A DNA stretch of 64,000 nucleotides from Scyliorhinus canicula (lineage: Eukaryota). The stretch covers positions 205,500-269,499 of the forward strand of contig NW_024055487.1 of assembly GCF_902713615.1 (NCBI RefSeq), in the 5' to 3' direction. Position 1 is the first letter of the stretch, and each line of letters opens with the position of its first letter. The notes under the pieces were generated by a model that saw only the letters and a list, made by a program, of their open reading frames with translations, did no database searches and was not told the origin of the DNA. A program made the translations under genes and the position numbers. Shown in pieces: positions 43,834 through 56,400 of the stretch.

Positions 43834-43905
43834 AGGCACGAGCGGGATTCGAACACGCGATTTTTGGTTTACGAAACCAACGCCTTTCCTCTTGGCCACC
43901 TCACC
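43834..43905 (-). pseudogene. tRNA-Thr(CGT) degenerate duplicate
   Basis: Acceptor-stem and T-stem mismatches relative to the 6063 copy. Confidence 0.75.
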
Positions 43906-44128
43906 TTATGCAAGCAAATCATGTTGATTGCACTGTGAGTTGTTATCATTTGGAGTCTGGCGCAACAATTGGCGAGAGAAGAAGAATCAATAGAACATTT
44001 CAAAAGGTATTGTCAGAACTTGAGAACGGAAAACCCCGCGGGATTTATATGCAGGGTGAAAAGGCAGCGATTCAGCCCTGTCCTAAACAGCCCCAAAAAA
44101 CATAGCATCCAGGAGTGGAACAACAATT

Positions 44129-44145
44129 CGTCTCTGGGTGGGATC

Positions 44146-44202
<57 letters not shown>
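44129..44202 (-). tRNA. tRNA-Asn(GTT)
   Basis: Near-canonical body with a single C6:A67 mismatch. Confidence 0.8.
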
Positions 44203-44512
44203 GACAACAGGATCACAACTCTGTGCATTTCAACAGTGACGGCCAATTCTCTGATTGCCAGGGACCGAATGAGAATGCTGGCAATATTGGTCCCCTGAGG
44301 CAGTGCGGAAAATATCTGGAAGGACCGTACACATGGTCCCGCGGACATAAAAAACGGTTTTTAATGAAAGGTGATGATGAAAGACGAATTTTGTTGTCCT
44401 GTCGACAAATGCCGCCTGACTCCCTGAGATGTTGCAGTACTTTTGACGTTCTCCGCAGATGTTAGATTGATATTCGATGTCAATGACAGTATGCATTAGC
44501 TTTTTTTCGCGG

Positions 44513-44578
44513 GGCTCGTTGGTCTAGAGGTATGATTCACGCTTCTGTTGTCTCGCTGTCGGAATCCCGGACGAGCCC
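44513..44578 (+). pseudogene. tRNA-Pro pseudogene with intron remnant and a 24-nt internal deletion
   Basis: ...TGTCTCGCTGTCGGAAT|CCCGGACGAGCCC; deletion through AAT microhomology. Confidence 0.8.
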
Positions 44579-45628
44579 TTCGATGAGGTTTTCCGTTGGT
44601 CAAACCGCGTGTTTTCTTCATTTCTTTGCAGCGTAGACGACAAGATTCATTCACATTGGGTTTGCTTTGAGAAGCTGAGCTCAAACTGCATGGAACCAAT
44701 ACGTTCCCGAGAAGTTTGTCCATGTGTGGGCATTCACATTTCTATTGACTAATTCAGCTGGACTCAGACAGCTCTCTGTCCCTTTCATTTTATCAGTTCA
44801 ACGACTTCAGACTGTGAACTCTCACTTCCCCCTCCACCTCATGTTTTTTCCATTAACTTATCATCCCTTCCATTGATATATTTTACCCTCAGCATTACCC
44901 CCCTCCCCCAGCCCATACCATCCTACTTCAGCAATCTGATCCCTGTTTGTAATTGTTCTCTGACGCACTGCTTACCTTTGTTCTGCCATTGACACATTCT
45001 GACCGCTTGATGCACCATCAGCACCTTTCATAGCCTTGATTAGCCTCATTTACATTCCCTTTTTCTTTCTGCCCGAGACATTTTCGTCATTTCCCACCTA
45101 TTGCTAGCCCCCTATCGAGGCCCAATAGAGCACTCCACCACCCCCACCCCCCACCCACAATCGTCTGAATCTCCAGTTCCAGTTCTCCAGCGTTGACAAA
45201 GAGTCCACTTGACTGGAAACGACAGCTGCCATTTCGCTCCCCAGAGGCTGTCAGACCTGCTGAGATTATCCAGTATTTTCTGTTTTTGTTTCCGTTTGAA
45301 GCATCCGCAGTAAGTTGCATTTGTCATACATTTAGACATGTTTGAGATGGTGATTAAATATGTTCATTTGTAAATCGCTGAAATTCTGTTGTGGATGAAC
45401 TAGCTGCTAAAATCCGAGCTGTGCCAAGATATGATAAATTCTTCACCTCTCATTGCCTGCCGAAAATTCAGTGCTTGGGCCTTAATGTTCAATTCAGTGT
45501 AGTGGCTCATGTGAGACGAGATCTCATAATCCTGGAACACACGAGATTCCGGCAACATTCAGGAAACAGAATTATTTTGTGCCCAATAATGGTGCAAACT
45601 TTTCTCACACGAAATGCTAAATGTTCGA

Positions 45629-45690
45629 TGTTTCGAACCGGGGACCTTTCGCGTGTGAGGCGAATGTGATAACCACTACACTACAGAAAC
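45629..45690 (-). pseudogene. tRNA-Val(CAC) with an 11-nt 3' deletion
   Basis: GGTTCGAAAC|ATCG, loss of CGGGCAGAAAC through GAAAC microhomology. Confidence 0.8.
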
Positions 45691-46927
45691 CGCTGGCAAC
45701 CACTGGACGTGCGGAATGTACAACCTCACTGTGTTGCTGCAGATTCTGATGGTCTGTTTGAGAGGCCAGGTCCCTTGGTGCAAGCGACAGCTGTTTCTTA
45801 AATTAACAGATGTCTCAACATATAAAGCCGTGAGATGTAGAAATTATATCGAAATTAACATAAGTTATATTTTGCTGAATGTCGGTCTCAAATTTGTGCT
45901 CTTTGGTCTCGAGGTCTGGTTCTCGTTTAAGGATTTTCAAGCAATGCCTATGGGAGTGGTCGTGGGTTTAAATCCAGGACAGGCTCTTTACTCCAGGTCA
46001 GGGATTACGAATTGTTTGCGATGCTGACGGCAGGATTGATTTACATTGGCCCACTCTGAAAAAGATTTCTCAGGACTCGGAATGTTTACGTCGTTTCTCT
46101 CCCCACAGATGATGTTCGAGAGAGAGAGAGACAGTGTCTGAGCCGGAGTGCGTTTGGATAAAATTGATGCTCCAGATCTGTGTTAACCACAGGGACGTGA
46201 CCCATCTAATCCACAGAGCCAAAGTGGAGAATTGAACTGACTGGAGAGCTGGATCTTAACGCTGACCTCCCGGACCTCGGCGTCGTGAAATGTTCCAAAG
46301 AAGCTCAACAGCCACTCGAGGAACAGCAGCGCATCTTTCCGCTGGGCTCAATACAACTTTCACACTCAGTGTGTGTTCAGCAGTTTCACACTGTAAATGC
46401 TGCCCCCATTTTGTGTGTCCTTCCATCGCAGATTTGGGTTTCAATCTTGTTTCCACTTGTTCTTTGTGTCCGGGTGGCAGTTGTTGATCAATCTGCCATG
46501 GATAGCTCCTCCAGACATATCTTTTGTTTCTTTATTTCTTCCATTGCGCTAACAGAGAGCTGGCACAGACACGGCGGCCGGAATGGCCTCATACTGTGGT
46601 GTCATTATTCTCTGATTCGATGCTAACCACACTCTGTGGCCAGGGTCCCAAGGCCTTTTCTCATTTAATCTCTCCTGACTTGCCCCCCATTTGAGCCCTT
46701 TCCTGTTGTTCTGTTTCCTCCCTCCGGGATTTCACTTGCTTCTAATTTTCTACATTTCTAACCTTTCCAGGTTTCAATGGAAGGTCAAGGAGGTGAAAGA
46801 TGAATTTTGTTTCCCTGTCCACAAATGCTGCCTGACTGCCTGAGATTTCCCAGCATTTTCCGCAGATATCTGATTGGCTGTGGATGGCAATGAAAGTGTC
46901 TGTTGGCTCAATCAAGTCGCTCCTACT

Positions 46928-47017
46928 GGCTTGTTGGTCTAGGGGTAAGATTCTCGCTTCGGGGTTTGTGCCGCAAGAAAATGTGAGAGGTCCCGGGTTC
47001 AAATCTCGGGCGAGCCC
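46928..47017 (+). tRNA. tRNA-Pro(CGG) with 18-nt intron (46964-46981)
   Basis: Complete 72-nt Pro body after removing GTTTGTGCCGCAAGAAAA at 37/38; all stems pair, with several G-U wobbles. Confidence 0.8.
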
Positions 47018-47269
47018 TTTGATGTTGTTTCTTATTGGCCAAGCTGCAGATTTTGTTCATTTCTTTCCGGTGCAGGCAGCGGGATCGGTTCACGTTGGGT
47101 TTGCTTTGAGAAGCTGAGCTCACACTGCAGGGAATCAATACGTCCCCGAGAAAATCGAAACATTTTCAAAAAGCTTGACTATGTGAGTGGGCATTCCCTT
47201 ATCTCTATTCACTAATCCAGGTGACCCCATGATGGTGGATTCAGGCAGCTGTGTGTCTGTTTCATTTGA

Positions 47270-47825
47270 TTCATTCGAGGATGTGAATATCGCTGGCGAG
47301 GCCAGGATTTATTGCCCAGAACTCTTTGCCCTTGAGAAGGTGATGGTGAGCTGTCTTCCTGAACCGCTGCAGTCTATTGGTGTAGGTACACCGACAGTGC
47401 TGTTAGGGAGGGACTTCCAGGATTATGTCCCAGTGACAGTGAAGGCACAACCGATATATTTCCAAGTAATAATAATCTTAATTATTGTCACAAGTCGTCT
47501 TACATTAATAACGCAATGAAGTTACTGTGAAAATGGTCAGCATGGGGAGTGGCTGGAAGGAAACTTTCACGGTGTCGGGGTCCTGGGTTTGGAAGGCGCT
47601 GTCTAAGATGCTTTTGGTGAGTTCCTGCAGCCATCCAGGCAAGTGGAGAGTATTCCATCACACTCCTGACTTGTGCCTTCTGGTGGTGGACAGGTTTTGT
47701 GGAGTTAGGAGGCGAGTTACTCGCTGCAGGATTTCCAGCACTCCTGACTTGTGCCTTGTAGATGGTGGGCAGGCTTTGTGGGGTTAGGATGTGAGTTACT
47801 CGCTGCAGGATTCCCAGCCTCTGAC
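47270..47825 (-). mobile_element. L2/CR1-superfamily LINE fragments with an internal duplication and a SINE tail
   Basis: QRLGILQRV..TIYKAQVRSVMEYSPLAWM motifs. Confidence 0.6.
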
Positions 47826-48001
47826 CTGCATTTGTCGACATTGAACAAACTGTTAATATTTGTGCCGAGTCAAAATAGGAGCATCTGTGTTCCAGCTCAG
47901 CGTGTCGGCAATTTTCAGCACATCTGCTTCTCCTGAATGCATTTTAAGGTACATGTCTGAGCAAATGACACATGCTTGTAAGTTATTATATTCGGGTAAT
48001 A

Positions 48002-48954
48002 TTGGATTCACTGGGGGAGTGGCTGGTGGTTGAATAGTGTAACTGGCTCTGGACCAGGTAATATTGGACAGTGGATTCACTGGGGGAGTGGCTGGTGGGT
48101 GAATAGTGTAACTGGCTCTGGACCAGGTAATATTGGACAGTGGATTCACTGGGGGAGTGGCTGGTGGGTGAATAGTGTAACTGGCTCTGGACCAGGTAAT
48201 ATTGGACAGTGGATTCACTGGGGGAGTGGCTGGTGGGTGAATAGTGTAACTGGCTCTGGACCAGGTAATATTGGACAGTGGATTCACTGGGGGAGTGGCT
48301 GGTGGGTGAATAGTGTAACTGGCTCTGGACCAGGTAATATTGGATAGTGGATTCACTGGGGTGTGGCTGGTGGGTGAATAGTGTAACTGGCTCTGGACCA
48401 GGTAATATTGGACAGTGGATTCACTGGGGGAGTGGCTGGTGGGTGAATAGTGTAACTGGCTCTGGACCAGGTAATATTGGACAGTGGATTCACTGGGGGG
48501 GTGGCTGGTGGGGGAATAGTGTAACTGGCTCTGGACCAGGTAATATTGGATAGTGGATTCACTGGGGGAGTGGCTGGTGGGTGAATAGTGTAACTGGCTC
48601 TGGACCAGGTAATATTGGACAGTGGATTCACTGGGGGGGGTGGCTGGTGGGTGAATAGTGTAACTGGCTCTGGACCAGGTAATATTGGACAGTGGATTCA
48701 CTGGGGGAGGGGCTGGTGGGTGAATAGTGTAACTGGCTCTGGACCAGGTAATATTGGACAGTGGATTCACTGTGGGAGTGGCTGGTGGGTGAATAGTGTA
48801 ACTGGCTCTGGACCAGGTAATATTGGACAGTGGATTCACTGGGGGAGTGGCTGGTGGGGGAATAGTGTAACTGGCTCTGGACCAGGTAATATTGGACAGT
48901 GGATTCACTGTGGGAGTGGCTGGTGGGGGAATAGTGTAACTGGCTCTGGACCAG
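48002..48954. repeat. 69-bp minisatellite, ~14 copies
   Basis: Unit CAGTGGATTCACTGGGGGAGTGGCTGGTGGGTGAATAGTGTAACTGGCTCTGGACCAGGTAATATTGGA (48069 to 48138 = 69). Confidence 0.95.
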
Positions 48955-50436
48955 TAAAGCAGTGAACCAGGCTGAAGCTCTGGGGACCGGGGTTCCACAC
49001 GGCAGATTCACTCAGCGACTCAATTCAAGGGCAATTCAGGATGGGTGTAAATGGATAATGAAAATGTCAATCATGTAACTTTTCCACACATGGAAACCAA
49101 TGGGGTTTGATAATGTTTCTGTGCGGGTTTAAACCGAAGGCCTTAATGTGTGTAAAACTCTAACAAAAATATAGACATTGAACAGAGCAAATCGATTAGT
49201 CTCAATGTCCTTCTCTCTCTCTGTGTTCTTGAAGTTTCTCCGTTCAAATTAATCTTCCAATTTGCTTTTGAAAAAGGAGTTTCTGCAGAATCCTTGCTCA
49301 GTTTGATTTAATGAAAACATTCCCATGGTCCAATGACCAGAAGATTTGGACATGAAGATGGCGTAGTTTACGATATAAACATTACGTAATCATGCAATTG
49401 GTTTCATAATGAATTTACAAAAGTGTATTTTCTGCTGAAGCATCGTCATTATTTCGGAGTTGATAACAATCTAATTACATTTGATCTACATCCTGTTTAC
49501 AGAGTCTGTCTGTTAGAGAGGGAAAGGATTTGTGAAGCTTAACAAAGCCTTCTAGAGATCACTTTGCTGAAGTAGTTTACTTTATTTGATTTCAAATTAA
49601 TTTTAAAATGTAGAAATGTGAGCTCAGCAAATATCTCCGGGTGAAATGGTTTCCTCTCATTCAATAATAACATCATTCTTATGTTCCTTCGAAAAATATC
49701 AAACAAATTTACTCAGGATTTGTTCCATTACTCAAAACTTGATATTATGTGATATTTATCTCCTCACCTGAAATTGAGACTCTCTGAAATAAACAACATT
49801 TAATTGCAAACATAAATGACGAAGAAAATAAATCGAGTCACTGGGTAATACAAGTTCCCTTGTTTTCATTTGAGATTGACCATAGTTAGTTTTTAAACAC
49901 AAATACCTTCACAGGTCAGAGATTTAAGAATGATATGTTCATTATATTTGACCCTCTTTGCTCTGGATATGAAACATTCTGCTGCCTAAATCCCGTTCAT
50001 GTATAAGAAAGGAAATCCACACTGAGCCTGGATTTCCTCATCTCCCTGAGTGGCTTTTCCACCCGATTTTCAAGAAGGTGGTTCAGTTAAATTTCTGCCA
50101 TTTCCTCTAATTCAGTTACAGTATCGTTTGTGTCTGTCTGTATGAGCATACATTACTATTAGATCTGTTTCAGATGGTGATTTAAAATGTTAATCTACAT
50201 CTGAAAATCTATTAAATTCTGTTGTGGACTGAACAAACTGAGAATATCCAAACTGTGTCAAAATGCGATCATCTTTTTCTGATCTTTGCTTCTTCAATAT
50301 TCACTACCTTCGACTTCTCTGAATGAAGTTTGAGGCTGAGGAGGCCAAATATATATCTAATACATGGGATTCAGATGACATGTGAAACAATCGCATGTGA
50401 TGCAAACTTTCCTCAAACTAAGCGAGAAGTATTCGA

Positions 50437-50510
50437 TGTTCCTGCCCAGTTTTGAATGGAGGACATTTTGCTGCGTTAGATGAACGTGACAACCACTGCC
50501 CTGCAGAAAC
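50437..50510 (-). pseudogene. Highly degenerate tRNA-Val(AAC) relic
   Basis: GTTTCTGCAGGGCAGTGGTTGTCACGTTCATCTAAC...CTGGGCAGGAACA with homologous flanks. Confidence 0.65.
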
Positions 50511-50635
50511 AGGTGGCAGCGGAGCAGGCAGTGGACCTGTCCTATGTTCAACTGCAGTGTCTTGCTGCAGCTTCCAATGGTAAGGCTGAGAGGCCATGTC
50601 ACTTATTACTCTCCTCTACCTTCCCCACATGTTTA

Positions 50636-50981
50636 TTTAGAACATAGAACAGTACAGCACAGAACAGGCCCTTCGGCCCTCAATGTTGTGCCGAGCAATG
50701 ATCACCCTACTCAAACCCACGTATCCACCCTATACCCATAAACCAACAACCCCCCCTTAACCTTACTTTTATTAGGACACTACGGGCAATTTAGCATGGC
50801 CAATCCACCTAACCTGCACATCTTTGGACTGTGGGAGGAAACTGGAGCACCCGGAGGAAACCCACGCACACACGGGGAGGACATGCAGACTCCACACAGA
50901 CAGTGACCCAGCCGGGAATCGAACCTGGGACCCTGGAGCTGTGAAGCATTTATGCTAACCACCTTGCTACCGTGCTGCCCC
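50636..50981 (-). mobile_element. tRNA-derived SINE with CR1-type (TTCTATG)n tail
   Basis: GGGCAGCACGGTAGC head, B box, conserved core and CR1 3' end. Confidence 0.8.
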
Positions 50982-52631
50982 AAAATTTCTTTTTCTTTTT
51001 TTAACAAATATATTTAAACTCCATATCAAAGAGCTTTCAATACTAATGTTCTAGAATTCAAGAAATGTTTACAAATAAAACCTGAAGCAAAGAGCCACTA
51101 TTGAACATTTACAATTAGAATTTTCTCTAGCAATTGGTTTAATATAGGCAACTCAATCAAAATAACACTTTGACATTTGCATTTCACTTCTACAATTTAC
51201 TCTGCCCACTTGGAAGAAACACTGAAAGTTAAAATTTTATACAAGATGAAAAAAAGTATGAAAATTTCTAAACACTTTGGTCACACTATGTGTTCCAATT
51301 GGTATACTTCAATTGTATACGTTGGGTTTAAGTATACACTTTTTATTTCTAGCAACATTTTCATTACTTCCTGTAGGGGGACATTTTCTGATACTGGACC
51401 ATGATATAAATTATATTTGTAGCTACATTGTGCTCCAATATTACTTTTGAATAGTTCTGATGAGACTAAAGTTGCTCATTGGCTAATATGCCTCTTTATA
51501 AGGGGCAATTTGTAGAAATAGATACTGTATACACAATGCTTGTTAATATCAGAAAGTACACAAAATGGCTGTTCGCTATTAAAGCAATACTAAAGACACA
51601 AAATGGCCGAACCAGCCACATTCCTGAACAATAAGTTACAAACTGTGTAAACCGCCTCATGAGAACCAAGCGTGGGTACTTATGGGGAGCATCTCAACAG
51701 CTGCTGATAACAGCTTCACAGAACAAGGAATACAATGTATCCATAATAGATCAAGTTCTCCAGCTGTAGATAGGACATATCCTTGTTTTAGTTTTGAATG
51801 ACTTCTGTATGAAGTTAGTGGCAGGTAAGACAACACCCACTTTAACCATATATGTGATAACTGGAATGCTAAGAAAATTGATTGACTGCATATAATGAAT
51901 TGTGACACGAATATAGTTGATTGATTGTCTGTAAATGAGAATACAACTAATTCCGCCCCTTGAATCTGTATATTAACCCAATGCGAACCTTAGCTCAAGT
52001 GAGAAAGAGTATTGCGAGATTGCGTAGTCTCCAAATCTTTCTCCCAGATCTGAAATAAACTGTTTCTTTACTTACTCAAACAGGCCTTTGTGTGAATATC
52101 TCCAGCTCTAACACTTCCATTGACGTCTCTACCCTTACCATTGTCTCTCTCTCTCTCCCCCCCACCCCCCCCCCCCCATGTTTCTGATTGAAGCATCCGC
52201 AATAAGTTGCTTTTATCTTACAATTAGACATGATTGACACAGTTATTTTGTTCATCTGCATCTGTTAATCCATTAAATACTGTTGTGGATGAACAAACTG
52301 CGAATATCCGAACTGTCTTAAAGCAGGGAAATCTTTATCAGCTCATTGCTTCTGGAAAATTCAGTACTTCAGACTTTACTGAATCAATTTTTGTGGCTTG
52401 TCCAATAATAACAGTGAGAGTCTCAGTGGGACAATCAGACAATAATAGTGGAGATGGGGCCCAGAGGAGAAACAACAAAGGATTCACTCACTTTGAGTGT
52501 AACAAACACAGAATATTTCCAGTAAGAAGTCAGACTGCAGTGTGTGAGTGAACATATCATTATATCCAATGTAGAATTATAAGAGACCCCTCAGTGCAGA
52601 AGGGGGGCATTCGGCCCATCGAATCTGCACC

Positions 52632-52800
52632 TGAGCTAAATCGCTGGCTTTTGAAGCAGACCAAGCAGGCCAGCAGCACGGTTCGATTCCCATACCAGCC
52701 TCCCCGGGCAGCCGCCGGAATGTGGCGACTAGGGGCTTTTCACAGTAACTTCGTTGAAGCCAACTCGTGACAATAAGTGATTTTCATTTCATTTAATTTC
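52632..52800 (+). mobile_element. SINE fragment
   Basis: GGTTCGATTCCC box and ATTTC tail; related to 33771-33950. Confidence 0.6.
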
Positions 52801-53489
52801 ATATGAAATATCACCCTACCTGGGCCAATATAGGGTGGCATGGTAGCACAGTGGGTAGCACTGTTGCTTCCCAGATCCAGGGTCCCAGATAATAACTCTG
52901 TTACTGTTATTAGACAATAACCTGCCTGTTATTCCAATGCTGCTGTGTGTTACTCTGTCACTGTTATCATTAGACAATAATAGGAGGGCAAGATGCAAGG
53001 TGGCAATGATAATTTGATGTTTCTGTGTTATAGTCAGTGTCACTGGGAGGTGTGTGACAAAACAGGAATGGAAACATCGTGACAGAGGCACGTGTGACTG
53101 ACTCCACCTGATTCAGAACTGTTCTACCCAAGGTGAGAGCAATGAGGACATGGGGAACTCCAGAGATTTCTGGTATCTGAGCTGCATCTGTAGAGGAACT
53201 GAAATCATTCTAGTGGTTCTCGATTTATACAGGAAATATACCTGACAGCTAAAACCAAAGTTTCAATCTTCTCTTTGAGACACATTGTGATTGAAAAGAT
53301 CAAATGTTAAAACATCAGGAGCGGAAAATTCAGACTGTCACAAAGGGCATCATTGCTACCTCACAGCACCATGGACCCTGGTTCAATTCCAGCCTTGGGT
53401 GACTGTCTGTGTGGAGTTTGCACTTTCTCCCAGTGTCTGCATGCGTTTCCTACCACCATTCAAAGATTTGCAACTTAGGTGGGTTGGTC

Positions 53490-56400
53490 TTTTTTTAAAA
53501 AATAATTTTTATTCAAATTTTCACAATATATCAATAACAAAATACAAAAGGAAGAAAGAGAACAACCCCCCTCCCATATGTACAGAAATAAATAAATTAG
53601 CACCCGCCATTGACATTGAGCAAATATACACACCGCTTCAAAGCAAAACAAAAAGACGACACCACCCCCCGGATTGCTGTTGCTGTTGGCCTTCTTCTAC
53701 CGTTCTGCCAGGAAATCTATGAATGGTTGCCACCTCCCGAAGAAGGCCTGCAACGATCCCCTGAGGGCAAATTGCACCCTCTCCATTTTAATAAACCCCG
53801 CCGTGTCATTGATCCAGGCCTCCACGCTTGGGGGTCTCGCATCCTTCCACTGAAGAAGAATCCTCCGCCGGGCTACCAGGGACGCAAAGGCCACAATACC
53901 GTCCTCTTTCGCCTCCTGCACTCCTGGCTCCTCTGCAACCCCAAATATTGCGAGCCCCCAGCCCGGCCTGACCCTGGATCCCACCACCCTCGACTACGCC
54001 CTTCCAAAAGTCCTCCAATGCTGGACATGCCCAAAACATATGAGTGTGATTCGCTGGGCTCCCTGAGCATCTAACACACCTGTCCTCACTCCCAAAAAAC
54101 CGGCTCATCCTTGTCCCAGTCATGTGAGCCCTATGCAGCACCTTAAATTGTATGAGGCTGAGCCTCGCGCAAGAAGAGGAGGAGTTCACCCTTCCTAGGG
54201 TGTCCGCCCACGTCTCCTCCTCGATCTCCTCACCCGATCTGTGCCGTCTCCATTGCCCCCAAACTTTGAGGGTAGCCTCCACTACCGAGATCGTGGTATA
54301 CCTCGTTGGAGGGAGCGGCAGCGGTGCCGTTACCAGCACCTCCAGGCTTGTGTCCACACAGGACGCCATCTCCATCCTTTTCCAGGCTGCCCCCTCCCCC
54401 TCCATCACCCATCTGCGCACCATCGCCACCTTGGCAGCCCAGTAATATCCACAGAGGTTGGGCACCGTTAGCCCCCCCCCCCCCCCACCTCGCTCCAGGA
54501 ACACCCTTCTCACCCTTGGGGTTCCCTGCGCCCACACAAACCCCATAATACTCCTATTAACCCACCTGAAGAAGGCCTTTGGGGTAAGAATGGGGAGGCA
54601 CTGGAACAGGAACAGAAATCCTGGGAGCACCGTCATCTTGACTGATTGCACCCTACCCGCCAGCGACAGCGGCAACATGTCCCACCTCTTAAACCCCTCC
54701 TCCATTTTCTCCACCAGCCTCGTGAGGTTAAGCTTGTGCAAGGCCCCCCAACTCCTGGCCACCTGAACCCCCAAGTACCTGAAGCTCCTCTCCTCCCTTT
54801 TTAGTGGGAGCTCACCAATCCCCCCCCCCCCCGGTCCCCTGGGTGAACTACGAACAACTCGCTCTTCCCCATGTTGAGCTTGTACCCTGAGAAGTCCCCA
54901 AACTCCCTGAGAATCCTCATCACCACCGGCATCCGCTCCACCGGGTCTGCCACATACAACAACAAGTCATCCGCATAGAGCGACACTCGGTGCTCTTCCC
55001 CAACCCGCACCAGCCCCCTCCAGTTCCTCGACTCCCTCAACGCCATGGCCAGGGGTTTAGTTGCCAGCGCAAAGAGCAGGGGGGAACAAGGGGCATGCCT
55101 GCCTCACCCTCGGTATAGCCGAAAATACTCCGACCTCCTCCTATTCGTGGCCACACTCGCCACTGGGGCCTCATATAACAGCCTCACCCACCTGACGAAC
55201 CCCGCCCCAAACCCGAACCTTTCCAGCACCTCCCACAAGTAGCCCCACTCAACCCTATCGAAGGCCTTCTCCGCATCCATCGCCGCCACTATCTCCGCTT
55301 CCCCTTCTACCGCTGGCATCATTATTACATCAAGAGCCTCCGTATGTTAGTATTCAACCGCCTCCCTTTCACGAACCCCGTTTGATCCTCATGAATAACC
55401 TGCAGCACACAGTCCTCTACCATTGTGGCTGAAATCTTCACCAGCAACTTGGTGTCTACATTTAAAAGTGAGATCGGCCTGTATGACCCACACTGCAGGG
55501 GATCCTTGTCCCATTTAAGGATCAAGGAAATCAGCACCCGAGATGTCGTCGGAGGCAAAGCCCCTCTTTCTCTTGCCTCGTTGAAGGTCCTAACCAACAG
55601 AGGGTTCAGCAGGTTTGCATACGTCTTATAAAATTCGACCAGGAACCCATCCGGCCCCGGCGCCTCCCCGACTGCATGTTCCCTATCCCTTTAACCAGCT
55701 CCTCCAGCTCAACTGGTGCCCCCAGCCCCTCCACCTGTCGCTCCTCCACCCTCAGGAATCTCAGCCGGTCCAGACAATGCCCCATTCCCCCCTCCTCCAG
55801 TGGAGGTTCGGACCGATACAGTTTCTCGTAGAAGTCCCTGAAGACCCCATTGATGCCTACCCCACTTCGCACCACATTCCCTCCCCTATCCTTAACTCCA
55901 CCGATCTCCCTTGCCACATACCGCGTACGGAGCTGGTGTGCCTGCATCCTACTCGCGTTCTCCCCATATTCATGCACCGCCCCCTGTGCCTTCCTCCACT
56001 GACCTTCCGCCTTCCTGGTGGTCAACAGGTCGAATTCGACCTGGAGACTACGACGCTCCCTAAGCAATCCCTCCTCCGGAGCCACCGCATACCTCCTGTC
56101 CATCCTCACCATCTCCCCGACCAATCTCTCCCTCTCTCTCTGCTCTCTCCTTTCCCTGTGGGCCCGAATGGAGACCAACTCTCCCCTAACCACCACCTTC
56201 AGCGCCTCCCAGACCGTCCCCACTCGCACTTCCCCATTGTCATTGGTCTCCAGGTACCTCTCAATGCATCCTCGGACCCGCCCGCCCACCTCTTCGTCCG
56301 CCAGCAACCCCACCTCTAAGTGCCAAAGCGGGCGCTGGTCCCTCTCCTCCCCCAGCTCGAGGCCCACCCAATGCGGAGCATGATCGGAAATGGCTATCAC

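Noticed and set aside
47853-48998. 381-aa Pro/Ser/Thr-rich ORF as a mucin-like gene
   Set aside because: It is produced by the 69-bp minisatellite; the frame alternates between two repeat peptides because of indels, and no splice or promoter context is visible.
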